Positions 1 to 13,733 are shown, counted from the first letter of the stretch. The stretch is 64,000 nt of DNA from Escherichia coli (GCF_041886205.1 NZ_CP169029.1); one strand, 5' to 3'. The notes: generated by a model from the letters alone, not told the origin. Program-made: numbers and translations.

Positions 1-114
1 GCAAGCCTGACTACAGGGAGCGTCATGACATAATAAACAGCGAGAGGCTTCTTTAATCGCCAGTAAAGGCGTAAAAGCCGGAGTGAGTTCATCCAGATAA
101 TTTTGTTGCGGCAT
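1..114 (-). CDS. preT: NAD-dependent dihydropyrimidine dehydrogenase subunit PreT (YeiT). Only the first 38 codons are present; the gene runs off the left edge.
   Basis: Hand translation of the minus strand from the ATG at 114 gives MPQQNYLDELTPAFTPLLAIKEASRCLLCHDAPCSQAC. I recognise this as the PreT/YeiT N-terminus. It is absent from the ORF track because it is truncated. Confidence 0.8.
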   Translation of the reverse strand, partial: MPQQNYLDELTPAFTPLLAIKEASRCLLCHDAPCSQAC

Positions 115-307
115 GTGATCTTCCTTAATGCTATGAGTAATTAAGGCGAACGCTAAATAAATATTGCGTGCTGATATTAAGGCTAAGCGTGTGGGGAAAT
201 TTAAACTGTGAAAGGATTCACAATTAGCTGCGGTTCAGAATGTTATATCCGCAGCTTATTGAGTGAAGTAATAATTATTCTCAATAATTAACAGAAAAGA
301 GAAAATA

Positions 308-2303
<1,996 letters not shown>

Positions 2304-2432
2304 GGCGTTGCCTCATAATCATGTAATGGGATAACAGTTTACGAACCCGTTATGGCTTTATATGTGATCTGAATCTCATTAATTATGCAACGCGTGAAAC
2401 TTACATCAAAAATGCGCGACGCATCGCAAATT

Positions 2433-3559
<1,127 letters not shown>

Positions 3560-3653
3560 TTAATTCGTAAAACGTGCTACCGATCACATTAAGAATTCTC
3601 AGCATAGTTGAATTTTAGGGAAGTAACCTCGGGCGATCGCCCAGTTCAGCACA

Positions 3654-4562
3654 CTAATTCTGCTGTAAAAAGTGCAGAAACTGACTTAAAGCATAAGAAG
3701 GCGTTTCGTTATTGCGCCAGAACACACCGACGCTGCCTTTCTGTTCTATCTTTGGCAGGTTGAGGATCACCAGTTGTCCCTGGCTGGCATAACGTTGCGC
3801 CAGGCGTAATGACAAAATAGAGATCATATCGCTGCTTTGTAACAGGTTGGTACTGACGTTCATCGACGCCGACTCAATCGTGTTTTCTGGCAGCATCACG
3901 CCGTGGTCTACCAGCGCATTATCAATGCTGATGCGGATGGGGGTACCTGTCGGCCAGACTATCCACCGCCAGTTAGCAAGATCATTCCAGCTGAGGGTGG
4001 CGTATTTCGCCAGTGGATGCTCAGGACGGGCGACAAAACACACCGGCTCGGTGTAGAGCACGCGATAATTCAGCGGCAGCTGCAACGCGCGACCGCCAAT
4101 TCGCCCAACCACCACATCGACAGAACCTGCCAACAGATCTTGCAGCAATGGGGTCATCACCTTCTCTTCGATATTCAGGTGTAGAGTTGGCATCTCCTTG
4201 AGCAAATGCAAAATCGCCTGGGATACGCAGTCAGTGGCGACGGGAGAACAGCCAATTTTCAGACTGCCGACCAGACCACCTTGTTTAAAACGGGCCAGTT
4301 CATGTTGCGAGCGCTCCATGTCATTGATTAACCGTTGGGCATGTTGCAATAACAATTTGCCGCCTTCAGTAGGACGAAGTCCTTTGCTGTGCCGCTCAAA
4401 AAGTGTGAGTCCGATCTCATCTTCCAGATGTGACAACCATTTCGAAAGCGCGGGTTGGGTGATATTCATCATCCGTGCGACATGGGTCAGATTACCCTGT
4501 TCACCCAGCGCCACCAGCATTTGCAGGTGATGAAGCTTTAGTTTCTGCGCCCAGTTTGCCAT
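3654..4562 (-). CDS. LysR-family transcriptional regulator, divergent from the gentisate operon (MhbR-like)
   Basis: 302-aa ORF. N-terminal HTH (LTHVARMMNITQPALSKWLSHLE) and a LysR substrate-binding body. Divergent arrangement is typical of catabolic LysR regulators. Confidence 0.8.
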   Translation of the reverse strand: MANWAQKLKLHHLQMLVALGEQGNLTHVARMMNITQPALSKWLSHLEDEIGLTLFERHSKGLRPTEGGKLLLQHAQRLINDMERSQHELARFKQGGLVGSLKIGCSPVATDCVSQAILHLLKEMPTLHLNIEEKVMTPLLQDLLAGSVDVVVGRIGGRALQLPLNYRVLYTEPVCFVARPEHPLAKYATLSWNDLANWRWIVWPTGTPIRISIDNALVDHGVMLPENTIESASMNVSTNLLQSSDMISILSLRLAQRYASQGQLVILNLPKIEQKGSVGVFWRNNETPSYALSQFLHFLQQN

Positions 4563-4567
4563 TTGCC

Positions 4568-4583
4568 ATAACCTTCAGGTTAT
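4568..4583. promoter_or_regulatory. Perfect palindrome ATAACC-N4-GGTTAT in the divergent promoter region; candidate LysR-regulator box
   Basis: ataaccttcaggttat read directly, starting 6 nt upstream of the LysR start codon. Resembles but does not exactly fit the T-N11-A spacing. Confidence 0.4.
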
Positions 4584-4688
4584 CTCTCTGCTCGAAATGC
4601 CATTGTACATTTCATCTCTTTAATCACAATATCGCAACATACACAAAACAAAAGAAACATCTACCTTACCTGCACTGAGGCATTTACT

Positions 4689-6047
4689 ATGACTCAACGA
4701 CGTGATCTACAAGCACTGATCGATGCCGCTCCGGTCGGCAAGATGCAGTGGCGCGTTATCATCTGCTGTTTTCTGGTGGTAATGCTCGATGGTTTTGACA
4801 CCGCGGCTATCGGCTTTATCGCCCCTGATATTCGCACTCACTGGCAACTCACCGCAGGCGATCTCGCCCCGCTTTTTGGCGCGGGTCTGCTGGGGTTAAC
4901 CGCAGGCGCACTGCTTTGTGGCCCGTTGTCCGATCGCTTTGGTCGCAAACGGGTGATTGAGCTGTGTGTCTTTTTGTTTGGCGCGTTAAGCCTTGCCTCG
5001 GCTTTCTCACCGGATCTGCAAACGCTGGTATTCCTGCGTTTCCTAACCGGCCTTGGGCTGGGTGGCGCGATGCCAAACACCATCACCATAACCTCGGAAT
5101 ATCTGCCTGCCCGCCGCCGCGGCGCGCTGGTGACGCTGATGTTTTGCGGCTTTACGCTGGGTTCGGCGTTTGGCGGGATTGTTAGCGCGCAGCTGGTGCC
5201 GGTGATTGGCTGGCACGGCATTCTGGTGTTGGGGGGCGTGTTACCGCTGATGCTGTTTGTCGCACTGCTGGTAGTTCTGCCGGAATCGCCACGCTGGCAG
5301 GTGCGCCGCCAGCTACCGCAGGCGGTGATTGCGAAAACCGTCAGCGCCATCACCCGCGAGCGTTATGTCGATACCCACTTTTATCTCATTGAATCAGCCT
5401 CCGTTACAAAAGGCAGCATTCGTCAACTGTTTATGGGACGTCAGTTACCCATCACGTTGATGCTGTGGGTAGTGTTCTTTATGAGCCTGCTGATTATTTA
5501 CCTGCTCTCAAGCTGGATGCCGACGCTACTGAACCATCGCGGCATCGACCTGCAACACGCGTCCTGGGTCACCGCCGCGTTCCAGATTGGTGGTACGTTA
5601 GGCGCGCTGGCGCTGGGTGTGCTGATGGATAAGTTCAATCCTTTCCGCGTACTGGCACTGAGCTATGCCATAGGCGCTGTATGCATCGTGATGATTGGCT
5701 TAAGCCAGGACGGATTATGGCTGATGGCGCTGGCGATTTTCGGCACCGGCATTGGTATTAGCGGATCGCAGGTGGGGCTGAATGCGCTGACCGCCACACT
5801 TTATCCAACACAAAGTCGCGCCACGGGCGTGAGTTGGTCAAACGCCGTGGGTCGCTGCGGTGCGATTGTTGGCTCGCTTTCTGGCGGCGTGATGATGGCG
5901 ATGAATTTCTCTTTCGACACCCTGTTTTTCATTATCGCTGTGCCCGCGGCGATCAGTGCGGTGATGTTAGCCTTGCTGATTACCGTGGTTCGCCAGTCGA
6001 CCTCTGTCCCTGACTCACTGCCTCGCGCAGGCGTTGTGAACGAATAA
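4689..6047 (+). CDS. MFS aromatic-acid:H+ symporter family transporter (3-hydroxybenzoate/gentisate transporter, MhbT-like)
   Basis: 452-aa 12-TM ORF with the MFS loop motif [11 protein letters not shown]. It is the first gene of the catabolic operon. Confidence 0.8.
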   Translation: MTQRRDLQALIDAAPVGKMQWRVIICCFLVVMLDGFDTAAIGFIAPDIRTHWQLTAGDLAPLFGAGLLGLTAGALLCGPLSDRFGRKRVIELCVFLFGALSLASAFSPDLQTLVFLRFLTGLGLGGAMPNTITITSEYLPARRRGALVTLMFCGFTLGSAFGGIVSAQLVPVIGWHGILVLGGVLPLMLFVALLVVLPESPRWQVRRQLPQAVIAKTVSAITRERYVDTHFYLIESASVTKGSIRQLFMGRQLPITLMLWVVFFMSLLIIYLLSSWMPTLLNHRGIDLQHASWVTAAFQIGGTLGALALGVLMDKFNPFRVLALSYAIGAVCIVMIGLSQDGLWLMALAIFGTGIGISGSQVGLNALTATLYPTQSRATGVSWSNAVGRCGAIVGSLSGGVMMAMNFSFDTLFFIIAVPAAISAVMLALLITVVRQSTSVPDSLPRAGVVNE

Positions 6048-6058
6048 GGAGCATCCTA

Positions 6059-7087
6059 ATGACTGATAACAATCAAAATAGCCGCGAACAATTTTATCAG
6101 CACATTTCCGGGCAAAACCTGACCCCGCTGTGGGAGTCACTACACCATCTGGTGCCGAAAACGCCCAACGCTAACTGTGTGCCAGCGTACTGGAATTATC
6201 AGGAGATCCGCCCGCTGCTGCTGGAGAGCGGCAGCCTGATTGGCGCGAAAGAGGCGGTGCGCCGCGTGCTGGTGCTGGAAAACCCGGCGCTGCGCGGGCA
6301 GTCTTCCATCACCGCGACTTTATATGCCGGTTTGCAACTGATCATGCCGGGCGAAGTGGCACCGAGTCATCGCCATAACCAGTCGGCGCTGCGTTTTATT
6401 GTTGAAGGCAAAGGGGCATTTACCGCCGTTGACGGCGAACGCACGCCAATGAATGAGGGCGATTTTATCCTCACTCCGCAGTGGCGCTGGCACGATCACG
6501 GTAACCCTGGCGACGAACCAGTTATCTGGCTCGATGGGCTGGATCTGCCATTAGTGAATACTCTGGGCTGCGGTTTTGCCGAAGATTACCCGGAAGAGCA
6601 ACAACCGGTAACGCGTAAAGAGGGCGATTATCTGCCGCGTTACGCTGCCAATATGTTGCCGCTGCGCCATCAGACCGGGAACTCCTCACCCATCTTTAAC
6701 TACCGTTATGACCGCAGCCGCGAAGTGCTGCACGATTTAACCCGCCTGGGCGATGCCGATGAGTGGGATGGCTACAAAATGCGCTACGTCAACCCGGTCA
6801 CCGGTGGCTATCCGATGCCGTCGATGGGCGCTTTCCTGCAACTGCTGCCGAAAGGGTTCGCCTCCCGCGTGGCGCGTACCACTGACAGCACCATCTATCA
6901 CGTGGTGGAAGGCGGCGGGCAGGTCACCATCGGCAATGAAACCTTCAGCTTTAGTGCAAAAGATATCTTCGTGGTGCCGACCTGGCACGGCGTGTCGTTC
7001 CAGACCACGCAAGATACCGTGTTATTCAGTTTTTCGGACAGACCGGTACAAGAAGCCCTGGGACTGTTCCGCGAAGCGCGTTATTAA
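6059..7087 (+). CDS. Gentisate 1,2-dioxygenase (bicupin)
   Basis: 342-aa ORF. The cupin metal motif [17 protein letters not shown] is typical of gentisate dioxygenases. Operon context supports the call. Confidence 0.8.
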   Translation: MTDNNQNSREQFYQHISGQNLTPLWESLHHLVPKTPNANCVPAYWNYQEIRPLLLESGSLIGAKEAVRRVLVLENPALRGQSSITATLYAGLQLIMPGEVAPSHRHNQSALRFIVEGKGAFTAVDGERTPMNEGDFILTPQWRWHDHGNPGDEPVIWLDGLDLPLVNTLGCGFAEDYPEEQQPVTRKEGDYLPRYAANMLPLRHQTGNSSPIFNYRYDRSREVLHDLTRLGDADEWDGYKMRYVNPVTGGYPMPSMGAFLQLLPKGFASRVARTTDSTIYHVVEGGGQVTIGNETFSFSAKDIFVVPTWHGVSFQTTQDTVLFSFSDRPVQEALGLFREARY

Positions 7088-7102
7088 TTTGGGAGAGAAA
7101 AA

Positions 7103-7804
7103 ATGACTCAATACGTATTCGAACCACAAGCGCCCGTTACCGTACCGGTTGTTGGCAGTGATGAACAATTCCCCGTGCGCCGCGTGTACTGCGTCGGACG
7201 TAACTATGCCGCCCACGCCCGCGAAATGGGCTTTGATCCGGATCGTGAACCGCCATTCTTCTTCTGCAAACCGGCGGATGCCGTTGTTCCGGTTGCCGCT
7301 GGCGAAACGCTGGCGCTGCCGTATCCGGCGCAGACCGATAACTACCATTACGAAATTGAACTGGTGGTGGCGATTGGTAAAAAGGGCAGTGATATCCCGC
7401 TGGAAAACGCCCATGAATATGTCTGGGGTTATGCCACGGGTCTTGATATGACTCGTCGTGACCGTCAAATGGAAATGCGCCAGATGGGCCGCCCGTGGGA
7501 AATCGGCAAAGCGTTTGATCTCTCGGCCCCCATCGCGCCGCTGCACAAAGCCAGCGAAACCGGCGGTATTGATAACGCGCCAATCTGGTTACAGGTTAAC
7601 GGCGAAGATCATCAGCGCAGCGATATTCGCCATCTCATCTGGTCAGTGAATGAAACCATCAGCTACCTGTCCGGCTTTTTTGAACTGCAACCGGGCGATC
7701 TGATCTTCACCGGTACGCCGGAAGGGGTTGGCCCGGTAGTGAAAGGTGATGTGATCACGGGCAACGTCGAGGGCTTAACGCCTATCGCGGTGAAAATTGT
7801 CTGA
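7103..7804 (+). CDS. Fumarylacetoacetate-hydrolase family protein, probable fumarylpyruvate hydrolase
   Basis: 233-aa ORF with the FAH-family signature ([13 protein letters not shown] ... FTGTPEGVG). Located between the dioxygenase and isomerase genes. Confidence 0.75.
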   Translation: MTQYVFEPQAPVTVPVVGSDEQFPVRRVYCVGRNYAAHAREMGFDPDREPPFFFCKPADAVVPVAAGETLALPYPAQTDNYHYEIELVVAIGKKGSDIPLENAHEYVWGYATGLDMTRRDRQMEMRQMGRPWEIGKAFDLSAPIAPLHKASETGGIDNAPIWLQVNGEDHQRSDIRHLIWSVNETISYLSGFFELQPGDLIFTGTPEGVGPVVKGDVITGNVEGLTPIAVKIV

Positions 7805-7809
7805 GGTGC

Positions 7810-8457
7810 ATGATGAAGCTGTACAGTTTTTTTAATAGTTCAGCATCGTACCGGGTACGCATTGCGCTGGCGCTGAAAGGCATTGATTACCATACCGAAG
7901 GGGTGAATATCCGCATTGGTCAGCAAAATGAACTGGCCTACCGGCGGATGAATCCGGTCGGGCTGGTGCCGACGCTGCTGACTGACGAGGGCGAATCACT
8001 TGGACAATCGCTGGCGATTATTGACTGGCTGGATCGTCACTACCCCCAAGTTCCGCTGATGCCGCAGGAAGAGCCGGCCCGCAACAAGGTGCTGGAAATT
8101 GTCTATGCCATCGCCTGTGATATTCATCCACTGAATAACCTGCGCGTGCTGCGCTACCTGACCGAAGAGCTGAACGTCAGTGAAGAAGATAAAAAACGCT
8201 GGTATGCGCACTGGATCCAGCAAGGGTTAAGCGCGGTGGAACAGCTGTTGCGCCAGAGCCAGTCGGGGCAATTTTGCGTGGGCGAGACGCCGACGCTGGC
8301 AGATTGCTGCCTTGTCCCGCAGTGGGCGAACGCGCTACGCATGAACTGCGATCTGAGTGGGTATCCGCGCTGCAAAGCGGTGTACGACGCCTGCACGCAG
8401 CTGCCAGCGTTCATTGCCGCAGCGCCAGAAAATCAACAAGATAAAATTTCAGCCTGA
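7810..8457 (+). CDS. Zeta-class glutathione S-transferase, probable maleylpyruvate isomerase
   Basis: 215-aa ORF with the zeta-GST N-terminal motif SSASYRVRIALALKG. The start could be the second ATG at 7813. Confidence 0.75.
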   Translation: MMKLYSFFNSSASYRVRIALALKGIDYHTEGVNIRIGQQNELAYRRMNPVGLVPTLLTDEGESLGQSLAIIDWLDRHYPQVPLMPQEEPARNKVLEIVYAIACDIHPLNNLRVLRYLTEELNVSEEDKKRWYAHWIQQGLSAVEQLLRQSQSGQFCVGETPTLADCCLVPQWANALRMNCDLSGYPRCKAVYDACTQLPAFIAAAPENQQDKISA

Positions 8458-8468
8458 CCAGGAGAACC

Positions 8469-9665
8469 ATGATGACTAAAGTGACACGCGCAGTAATTGT
8501 GGGAGGCGGGATCGGCGGTGCGGCAACTGCGCTGTCACTGGCCCGCCAGGGGATCAAAGTGGTGCTGCTGGAAAAGGCGCATGAGATTGGTGAGATTGGC
8601 GCGGGCATCCAGTTGGGGCCAAATGCGTTTTCGGCGTTGGATAGCCTCGGCGTCGGCGAAATCGCCCGCCAGCGCGCGGTATTCACCGATCACATCACCA
8701 TGATGGATGCGGTAAACGCCGAAGAAGTGGTGCGCATTGAAACCGGTCAGGCCTTTCGCGACCATTTCGGCGGCCCTTACGCGGTGATCCACCGGGTTGA
8801 TATTCACGCCTCGGTGTGGGAAGCGGTACTGACGCATCCGGACGTGGAATATCACACCTCCACCAACGTCGTGGATATTCGTGAGACGGAAGACGATGTC
8901 ACCGTGTTTGACGATCGCGGCAATAGCTGGAGCGGCGATATTCTGATTGGCTGTGATGGCGTGAAGTCAGTGGTGCGCCAGAGCTTATTAGGCGATGCGC
9001 CGCGCGTCACCGGACATGTGGTCTACCGCGCAGTTATCGATTGTGCGGATATGCCGGAAGATTTGCGCATTAACGCACCAGTACTGTGGGCGGGGCCGCA
9101 CTGTCACCTGGTGCATTACCCTTTGCGCGGCGGCAAGCAGTATAACCTGGTGGTGACATTCCACAGCCGCCAGCAGGAAGAGTGGGGCGTGAAGGATGGC
9201 AGTAAAGAGGAAGTGCTCTCTTACTTTGAAGGGATTCACCCCCGTCCTCGCCAGATGCTGGATAAACCGACCTCCTGGCGACGCTGGTCAACCGCCGACC
9301 GTGAACCGGTAGCGAAGTGGGGAACGAAGCGCATTACGCTGGTTGGCGATGCGGCCCATCCGGTGGCGCAGTATATGGCGCAGGGTGCCTGTATGGCGTT
9401 GGAAGACGCGGTAACGCTCGGCAAGGCGCTGGCGCAGTGTGAGGGGGATGCGGCGCAAGCCTTTGCACTGTATGAGTCGGTACGTATTCCGCGCACCGCG
9501 CGCATCGTCTGGTCGACCCGTGAAATGGGGCGGGTTTATCACGCCGCAGGAGTAGAGCGCCAGGTACGAAACCTGCTGTGGAAAGGTAAATCGCAGGCAG
9601 AGTTTTACCGCGGCATGGAGTGGCTGTACGGCTGGAAAGAAGATAACTGTCTGCAACCACGCTGA
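8469..9665 (+). CDS. FAD-dependent aromatic monooxygenase, probable 3-hydroxybenzoate 6-hydroxylase
   Basis: 398-aa ORF. Contains the GxGxxG fold ([12 protein letters not shown]), the DG motif ([10 protein letters not shown]) and the GD motif ([22 protein letters not shown]) of group A flavin monooxygenases. Confidence 0.8.
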   Translation: MMTKVTRAVIVGGGIGGAATALSLARQGIKVVLLEKAHEIGEIGAGIQLGPNAFSALDSLGVGEIARQRAVFTDHITMMDAVNAEEVVRIETGQAFRDHFGGPYAVIHRVDIHASVWEAVLTHPDVEYHTSTNVVDIRETEDDVTVFDDRGNSWSGDILIGCDGVKSVVRQSLLGDAPRVTGHVVYRAVIDCADMPEDLRINAPVLWAGPHCHLVHYPLRGGKQYNLVVTFHSRQQEEWGVKDGSKEEVLSYFEGIHPRPRQMLDKPTSWRRWSTADREPVAKWGTKRITLVGDAAHPVAQYMAQGACMALEDAVTLGKALAQCEGDAAQAFALYESVRIPRTARIVWSTREMGRVYHAAGVERQVRNLLWKGKSQAEFYRGMEWLYGWKEDNCLQPR

Positions 9666-9685
9666 GTACTTTAATCCGCTGACCG

Positions 9686-9714
9686 GAGGCGCTAACATAG
9701 CGCCTCATTTTTTT
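9686..9714 (+). terminator. Rho-independent terminator after the gentisate operon
   Basis: gaggcgct-aacat-agcgcctc is an 8-bp stem followed by attttttt. Confidence 0.7.
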
Positions 9715-9726
9715 GCGGGTGATGAT

Positions 9727-10674
9727 ATGCGTGTGTTACTGGCGCCGATGGAGGGTGTGCTTGACTCTCTGGTGCGTGAATTGCTGACCGAAGTTAACGA
9801 CTACGATCTGTGCATCACCGAGTTTGTCCGCGTGGTGGATCAACTGCTGCCGGTAAAAGTCTTTCATCGCATTTGCCCTGAGCTACAAAACGCCAGCCGG
9901 ACACCATCCGGTACGCGGGTGCGCGTTCAGTTGTTAGGTCAGTTCCCACAATGGCTGGCAGAGAACGCCGCCCGTGCGGTGGAATTAGGTTCCTGGGGCG
10001 TGGATCTCAATTGCGGCTGCCCGTCGAAAACGGTTAACGGCAGCGGCGGCGGGGCGACGTTACTCAAAGATCCTGAACTCATCTACCAGGGTGCAAAAGC
10101 GATGCGTGAAGCTGTACCGGCGCATTTGCCCGTCAGCGTGAAAGTGCGTCTGGGCTGGGACAGCGGTGAGAAGAAATTTGAAATCGCCGATGCGGTTCAA
10201 CAGGCTGGTGCTACGGAGCTGGTGGTGCATGGACGGACAAAAGAGCAGGGTTACCGCGCGGAGCATATTGACTGGCAGGCGATTGGCGAGATTCGCCAGC
10301 GGCTGAATATTCCGGTGATTGCCAACGGTGAAATCTGGGACTGGCAGAGTGCGCAACAATGCATGGCGATCAGCGGCTGCGACGCAGTGATGATTGGTCG
10401 CGGGGCGCTCAATATTCCCAACCTGAGCCGGGTGGTAAAATATAACGAACCGCGAATGCCGTGGCCGGAGGTGGTTGCTTTGCTGCAAAAATATACCCGT
10501 CTGGAAAAGCAGGGCGATACCGGGTTATATCACGTAGCGCGGATTAAACAGTGGTTGAGTTATTTGCGTAAAGAATACGATGAAGCAACAGAATTATTTC
10601 AGCATGTTCGGGTGTTGAATAATCCCCCTGATATTGCAAGGGCTATTCAGGCAATTGATATCGAGAAACTCTAA
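9727..10674 (+). CDS. dusC: tRNA-dihydrouridine(16) synthase DusC
   Basis: 315-aa ORF beginning [14 protein letters not shown], with the catalytic region DLNCGCPSK. Matches E. coli DusC (YohI). Confidence 0.93.
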   Translation: MRVLLAPMEGVLDSLVRELLTEVNDYDLCITEFVRVVDQLLPVKVFHRICPELQNASRTPSGTRVRVQLLGQFPQWLAENAARAVELGSWGVDLNCGCPSKTVNGSGGGATLLKDPELIYQGAKAMREAVPAHLPVSVKVRLGWDSGEKKFEIADAVQQAGATELVVHGRTKEQGYRAEHIDWQAIGEIRQRLNIPVIANGEIWDWQSAQQCMAISGCDAVMIGRGALNIPNLSRVVKYNEPRMPWPEVVALLQKYTRLEKQGDTGLYHVARIKQWLSYLRKEYDEATELFQHVRVLNNPPDIARAIQAIDIEKL

Positions 10675-10719
10675 TAAACCATAGTGATGTTTTTTGACAA
10701 TGTGTTAGCTCTTTATCAA

Positions 10720-10990
10720 TAGGCCGCACGGTTGTTTGGTGGCGTCAAAATTGCCGAGGCGTTCCCTGAAGGCCGGGGCAGCCCACATGGATGTGGGCTG
10801 AGGGCGCGTTTTACAGGGATGTTACCTCGCGCCCGACCCGGTAGCCGTAAGGGATAAGCCGAGGGCACCGCGCAGCGGCGATTTTGTTCGCCAGAGCCCG
10901 GGGGTGCAGGGGGCGGCGGCGATTGGCCGCCCCCTGCGCGCTCCTTGCGCCAGTGATTATATGAAGCAATGCACATGACAGGAGCGCAAC
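10720..10990. other. GC-rich, hairpin-dense intergenic element of unidentified family
   Basis: Hairpins read directly: an 8-bp stem at 10779-10800; an 11-13-bp GC stem cagggggcggc/gccgccccctg at 10907-10936; and gcgctcct (10938-45) pairing with aggagcgc (10980-87). Flanks are AT-rich. The 86-aa track ORF here is low-complexity and rich in P, G and R. Confidence 0.4.
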
Positions 10991-11046
10991 AGGATGAGAG
11001 ACTGAAATATTCTCGTTATTTTCGGACCTGATGACATTAATTAATT

Positions 11047-11130
11047 TTAAAATATCATCTTAAATACGCCAGTCACCACCAGTAGCCCAATCAGGAAAAT
11101 AATCAATACAGCCCAGAGTATAATTTTCAT
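11047..11130 (-). CDS. yohP: 27-aa small membrane protein YohP
   Basis: Hand translation gives MKIILWAVLIIFLIGLLVVTGVFKMIF*, preceded by aaaggaacgcca (SD). Not in the ORF track because it is shorter than 60 aa. Confidence 0.8.
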   Translation of the reverse strand: MKIILWAVLIIFLIGLLVVTGVFKMIF

Positions 11131-11353
11131 TGGCGTTCCTTTATTTGTGAGTGCTGAATAAGTATAGGAAAAAACGAAGCCCTTTGCCGTTATCCATAAA
11201 CGATTAAGATAAATCGGAAGATATCATTCACTTAGTGTATATTTTTCTGGATATGTCGTTTTATTGCTACTGATGTATTGCCACGCGAAACTAAAAAATA
11301 TATCGCAACACACGGTAATCTCCGCGCACCTTTTCTTACCTGATTATTCCCCC

Positions 11354-12790
11354 ATGAATCGTGATTCCTTTTATCCCGCCATCGCCTGTTTTCCGCTGTT
11401 ACTGATGCTGGCCGGGTGTGCGCCTATGCATGAAACCCGCCAGGCGTTAAGCCAGCAAACGCCCGCTGCACAAGTTGACACCGCATTACCCACGGCGCTG
11501 AAAAATGGTTGGCCAGACAGCCAATGGTGGCTGGAGTATCACGATAATCAGCTCACTTCATTAATTAACAATGCACTACAGAACGCACCGGATATGCAGG
11601 TGGCTGAACAGCGCATTCAGCTAGCTGAAGCCCAGGCGAAGGCAGTTGCCACTCAGGATGGTCCGCAGATCGACTTTTCGGCGGATATGGAGCGGCAAAA
11701 AATGTCGGCAGAAGGCTTAATGGGGCCGTTTGCTCTGAACGATCCGGCCGCAGGTACGACCGGCCCGTGGTACACCAACGGTACTTTTGGCTTAACGGCG
11801 GGCTGGCATCTCGATATCTGGGGAAAGAATCGGGCGGAGGTTACTGCCCGCCTGGGTACGGTTAAAGCACGGGCGGCGGAACGCGAGCAAACCCGCCAAT
11901 TGCTGGCTGGCAGCGTAGCCCGCCTGTACTGGGAGTGGCAAACCCAGGCGGCGTTAAACACGGTCTTGCAGCAAATAGAAAAAGAGCAGAACACCATTAT
12001 CGCGACCGATCGCCAGCTATATCAGAACGGGATTACTTCTTCAGTTGAAGGTGTGGAAACCGATATTAATGCCAGCAAAACCCGGCAGCAGCTCAACGAT
12101 GTCGCGGGGAAAATGAAAATTATTGAGGCACGGTTAAGCGCACTTACAAATCACCAGACAAAGTCATTGAAGCTTAAACCGGTCGCGTTGCCGAAAGTGG
12201 CAAGCCAGCTTCCTGATGAACTGGGGTACTCCTTACTGGCCCGGCGGGCAGATTTGCAGGCGGCGCACTGGTACGTTGAGTCATCGCTAAGCACCATTGA
12301 TGCGGCAAAAGCGGCATTTTATCCTGACATCAACCTGATGGCCTTCCTGCAACAGGATGCGTTGCACTTAAGCGATCTGTTCCGTCATTCCGCGCAGCAA
12401 ATGGGCGTTACGGCAGGCCTGACGCTACCCATTTTCGATAGTGGTCGTCTTAACGCCAATCTCGATATCGCAAAAGCCGAAAGCAACTTGTCTATCGCCA
12501 GCTACAACAAAGCGGTGGTTGAAGCGGTGAATGACGTGGCGCGGGCAGCCAGTCAGGTTCAGACACTTGCGGAGAAAAACCAGCATCAGGCGCAAATTGA
12601 GCGCGATGCCTTGCGTGTGGTAGGTCTTGCGCAGGCGCGCTTTAACGCGGGCATCATTGCTGGTTCCCGCGTCAGCGAAGCCAGAATCCCCGCGCTGCGT
12701 GAGCGGGCCAATGGCCTGTTATTGCAAGGGCAGTGGCTGGATGCCTCCATTCAACTCACTGGTGTGTTGGGCGGGGGTTACAAACGCTGA
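11354..12790 (+). CDS. mdtQ: Outer-membrane efflux lipoprotein of the NodT/OprM family, MdtQ (YohG); apparently intact
   Basis: I use the internal start MNRDSFYPAIACFPLLLMLAGC (lipobox LAGC), giving 478 aa. The frame is uninterrupted. Confidence 0.85.
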   Translation: MNRDSFYPAIACFPLLLMLAGCAPMHETRQALSQQTPAAQVDTALPTALKNGWPDSQWWLEYHDNQLTSLINNALQNAPDMQVAEQRIQLAEAQAKAVATQDGPQIDFSADMERQKMSAEGLMGPFALNDPAAGTTGPWYTNGTFGLTAGWHLDIWGKNRAEVTARLGTVKARAAEREQTRQLLAGSVARLYWEWQTQAALNTVLQQIEKEQNTIIATDRQLYQNGITSSVEGVETDINASKTRQQLNDVAGKMKIIEARLSALTNHQTKSLKLKPVALPKVASQLPDELGYSLLARRADLQAAHWYVESSLSTIDAAKAAFYPDINLMAFLQQDALHLSDLFRHSAQQMGVTAGLTLPIFDSGRLNANLDIAKAESNLSIASYNKAVVEAVNDVARAASQVQTLAEKNQHQAQIERDALRVVGLAQARFNAGIIAGSRVSEARIPALRERANGLLLQGQWLDASIQLTGVLGGGYKR

Positions 12791-12842
12791 TGATATGCGC
12801 CTTCTATACTTAACGTTTATTCAGCGTTAAGTGGAGAACTCG

Positions 12843-13604
12843 ATGGCACAGGTTGCGATTATTACCGCCTCCGATTCGGGGATCGGCAAAGAGTGCGCGT
12901 TATTACTGGCGCAGCAGGGGTTTGATATTGGTATTACCTGGCACTCAGATGAAGAAGGGGCAAAAGATACCGCGCGTGAGGTAGTTAGCCACGGCGTACG
13001 TGCGGAGATCGTGCAGCTGGATCTCGGCAATCTACCAGAAGGGGCACTGGCGCTGGAGAAACTCATTCAACGGCTGGGGCGCATTGATGTGCTGGTGAAT
13101 AATGCGGGTGCAATGACCAAAGCGCCGTTTCTTGATATGGCTTTTGATGAGTGGCGCAAGATTTTTACCGTTGATGTCGATGGTGCATTCTTATGCTCGC
13201 AAATTGCGGCTCGTCAGATGGTGAAACAAGGGCAGGGCGGTCGCATCATCAACATTACGTCGGTACATGAACATACGCCGCTGCCGGATGCCAGCGCCTA
13301 CACAGCCGCTAAACATGCGCTCGGTGGGTTAACCAAAGCGATGGCGCTGGAGCTGGTCAGGCATAAGATTTTGGTGAACGCAGTCGCGCCTGGGGCGATC
13401 GCCACGCCAATGAATGGCATGGATGACAGCGACGTGAAGCCCGACGCGGAGCCTTCGATTCCCTTGCGGCGTTTTGGCGCAACGCATGAGATTGCCAGCC
13501 TGGTGGTGTGGCTTTGTTCGGAGGGCGCAAATTACACCACCGGGCAGTCGTTGATAGTGGATGGCGGCTTTATGTTGGCGAATCCACAGTTCAACCCAGA
13601 ATAG
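12843..13604 (+). CDS. yohF: Short-chain dehydrogenase/reductase YohF
   Basis: Start MAQVAIITASDSGIGKE (253 aa). Contains the TGxxxGIG-type cofactor motif and the YTAAK catalytic motif. Confidence 0.9.
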   Translation: MAQVAIITASDSGIGKECALLLAQQGFDIGITWHSDEEGAKDTAREVVSHGVRAEIVQLDLGNLPEGALALEKLIQRLGRIDVLVNNAGAMTKAPFLDMAFDEWRKIFTVDVDGAFLCSQIAARQMVKQGQGGRIINITSVHEHTPLPDASAYTAAKHALGGLTKAMALELVRHKILVNAVAPGAIATPMNGMDDSDVKPDAEPSIPLRRFGATHEIASLVVWLCSEGANYTTGQSLIVDGGFMLANPQFNPE

Positions 13605-13654
13605 CGCAGTGAGGTGCGTGGATATTTCATTGGGTAATATTTTGGTCGGCATGA

Positions 13655-13725
13655 AAAGACGCACAAGCGTCGTATCAGGCATGGTACTCCGGATGTCGGA
13701 TGCGGCGCGAACGCCTTATCCAGGG
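13655..13725. repeat. REP/BIME element
   Basis: gacgcacaagcgtcgtatcaggcat ... ggatgtcggatgcggcgcgaacgccttatcc lies between the convergent yohF and yohD. Confidence 0.65.
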
Positions 13726-13733
13726 CAATGGTT

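Noticed and set aside
10716-10976. 86-aa ORF within the GC-rich element downstream of dusC
   Set aside because: Low-complexity P/G/R-rich translation produced by palindromic GC-rich DNA. It has no SD. I treat the region as a non-coding element instead (see findings).
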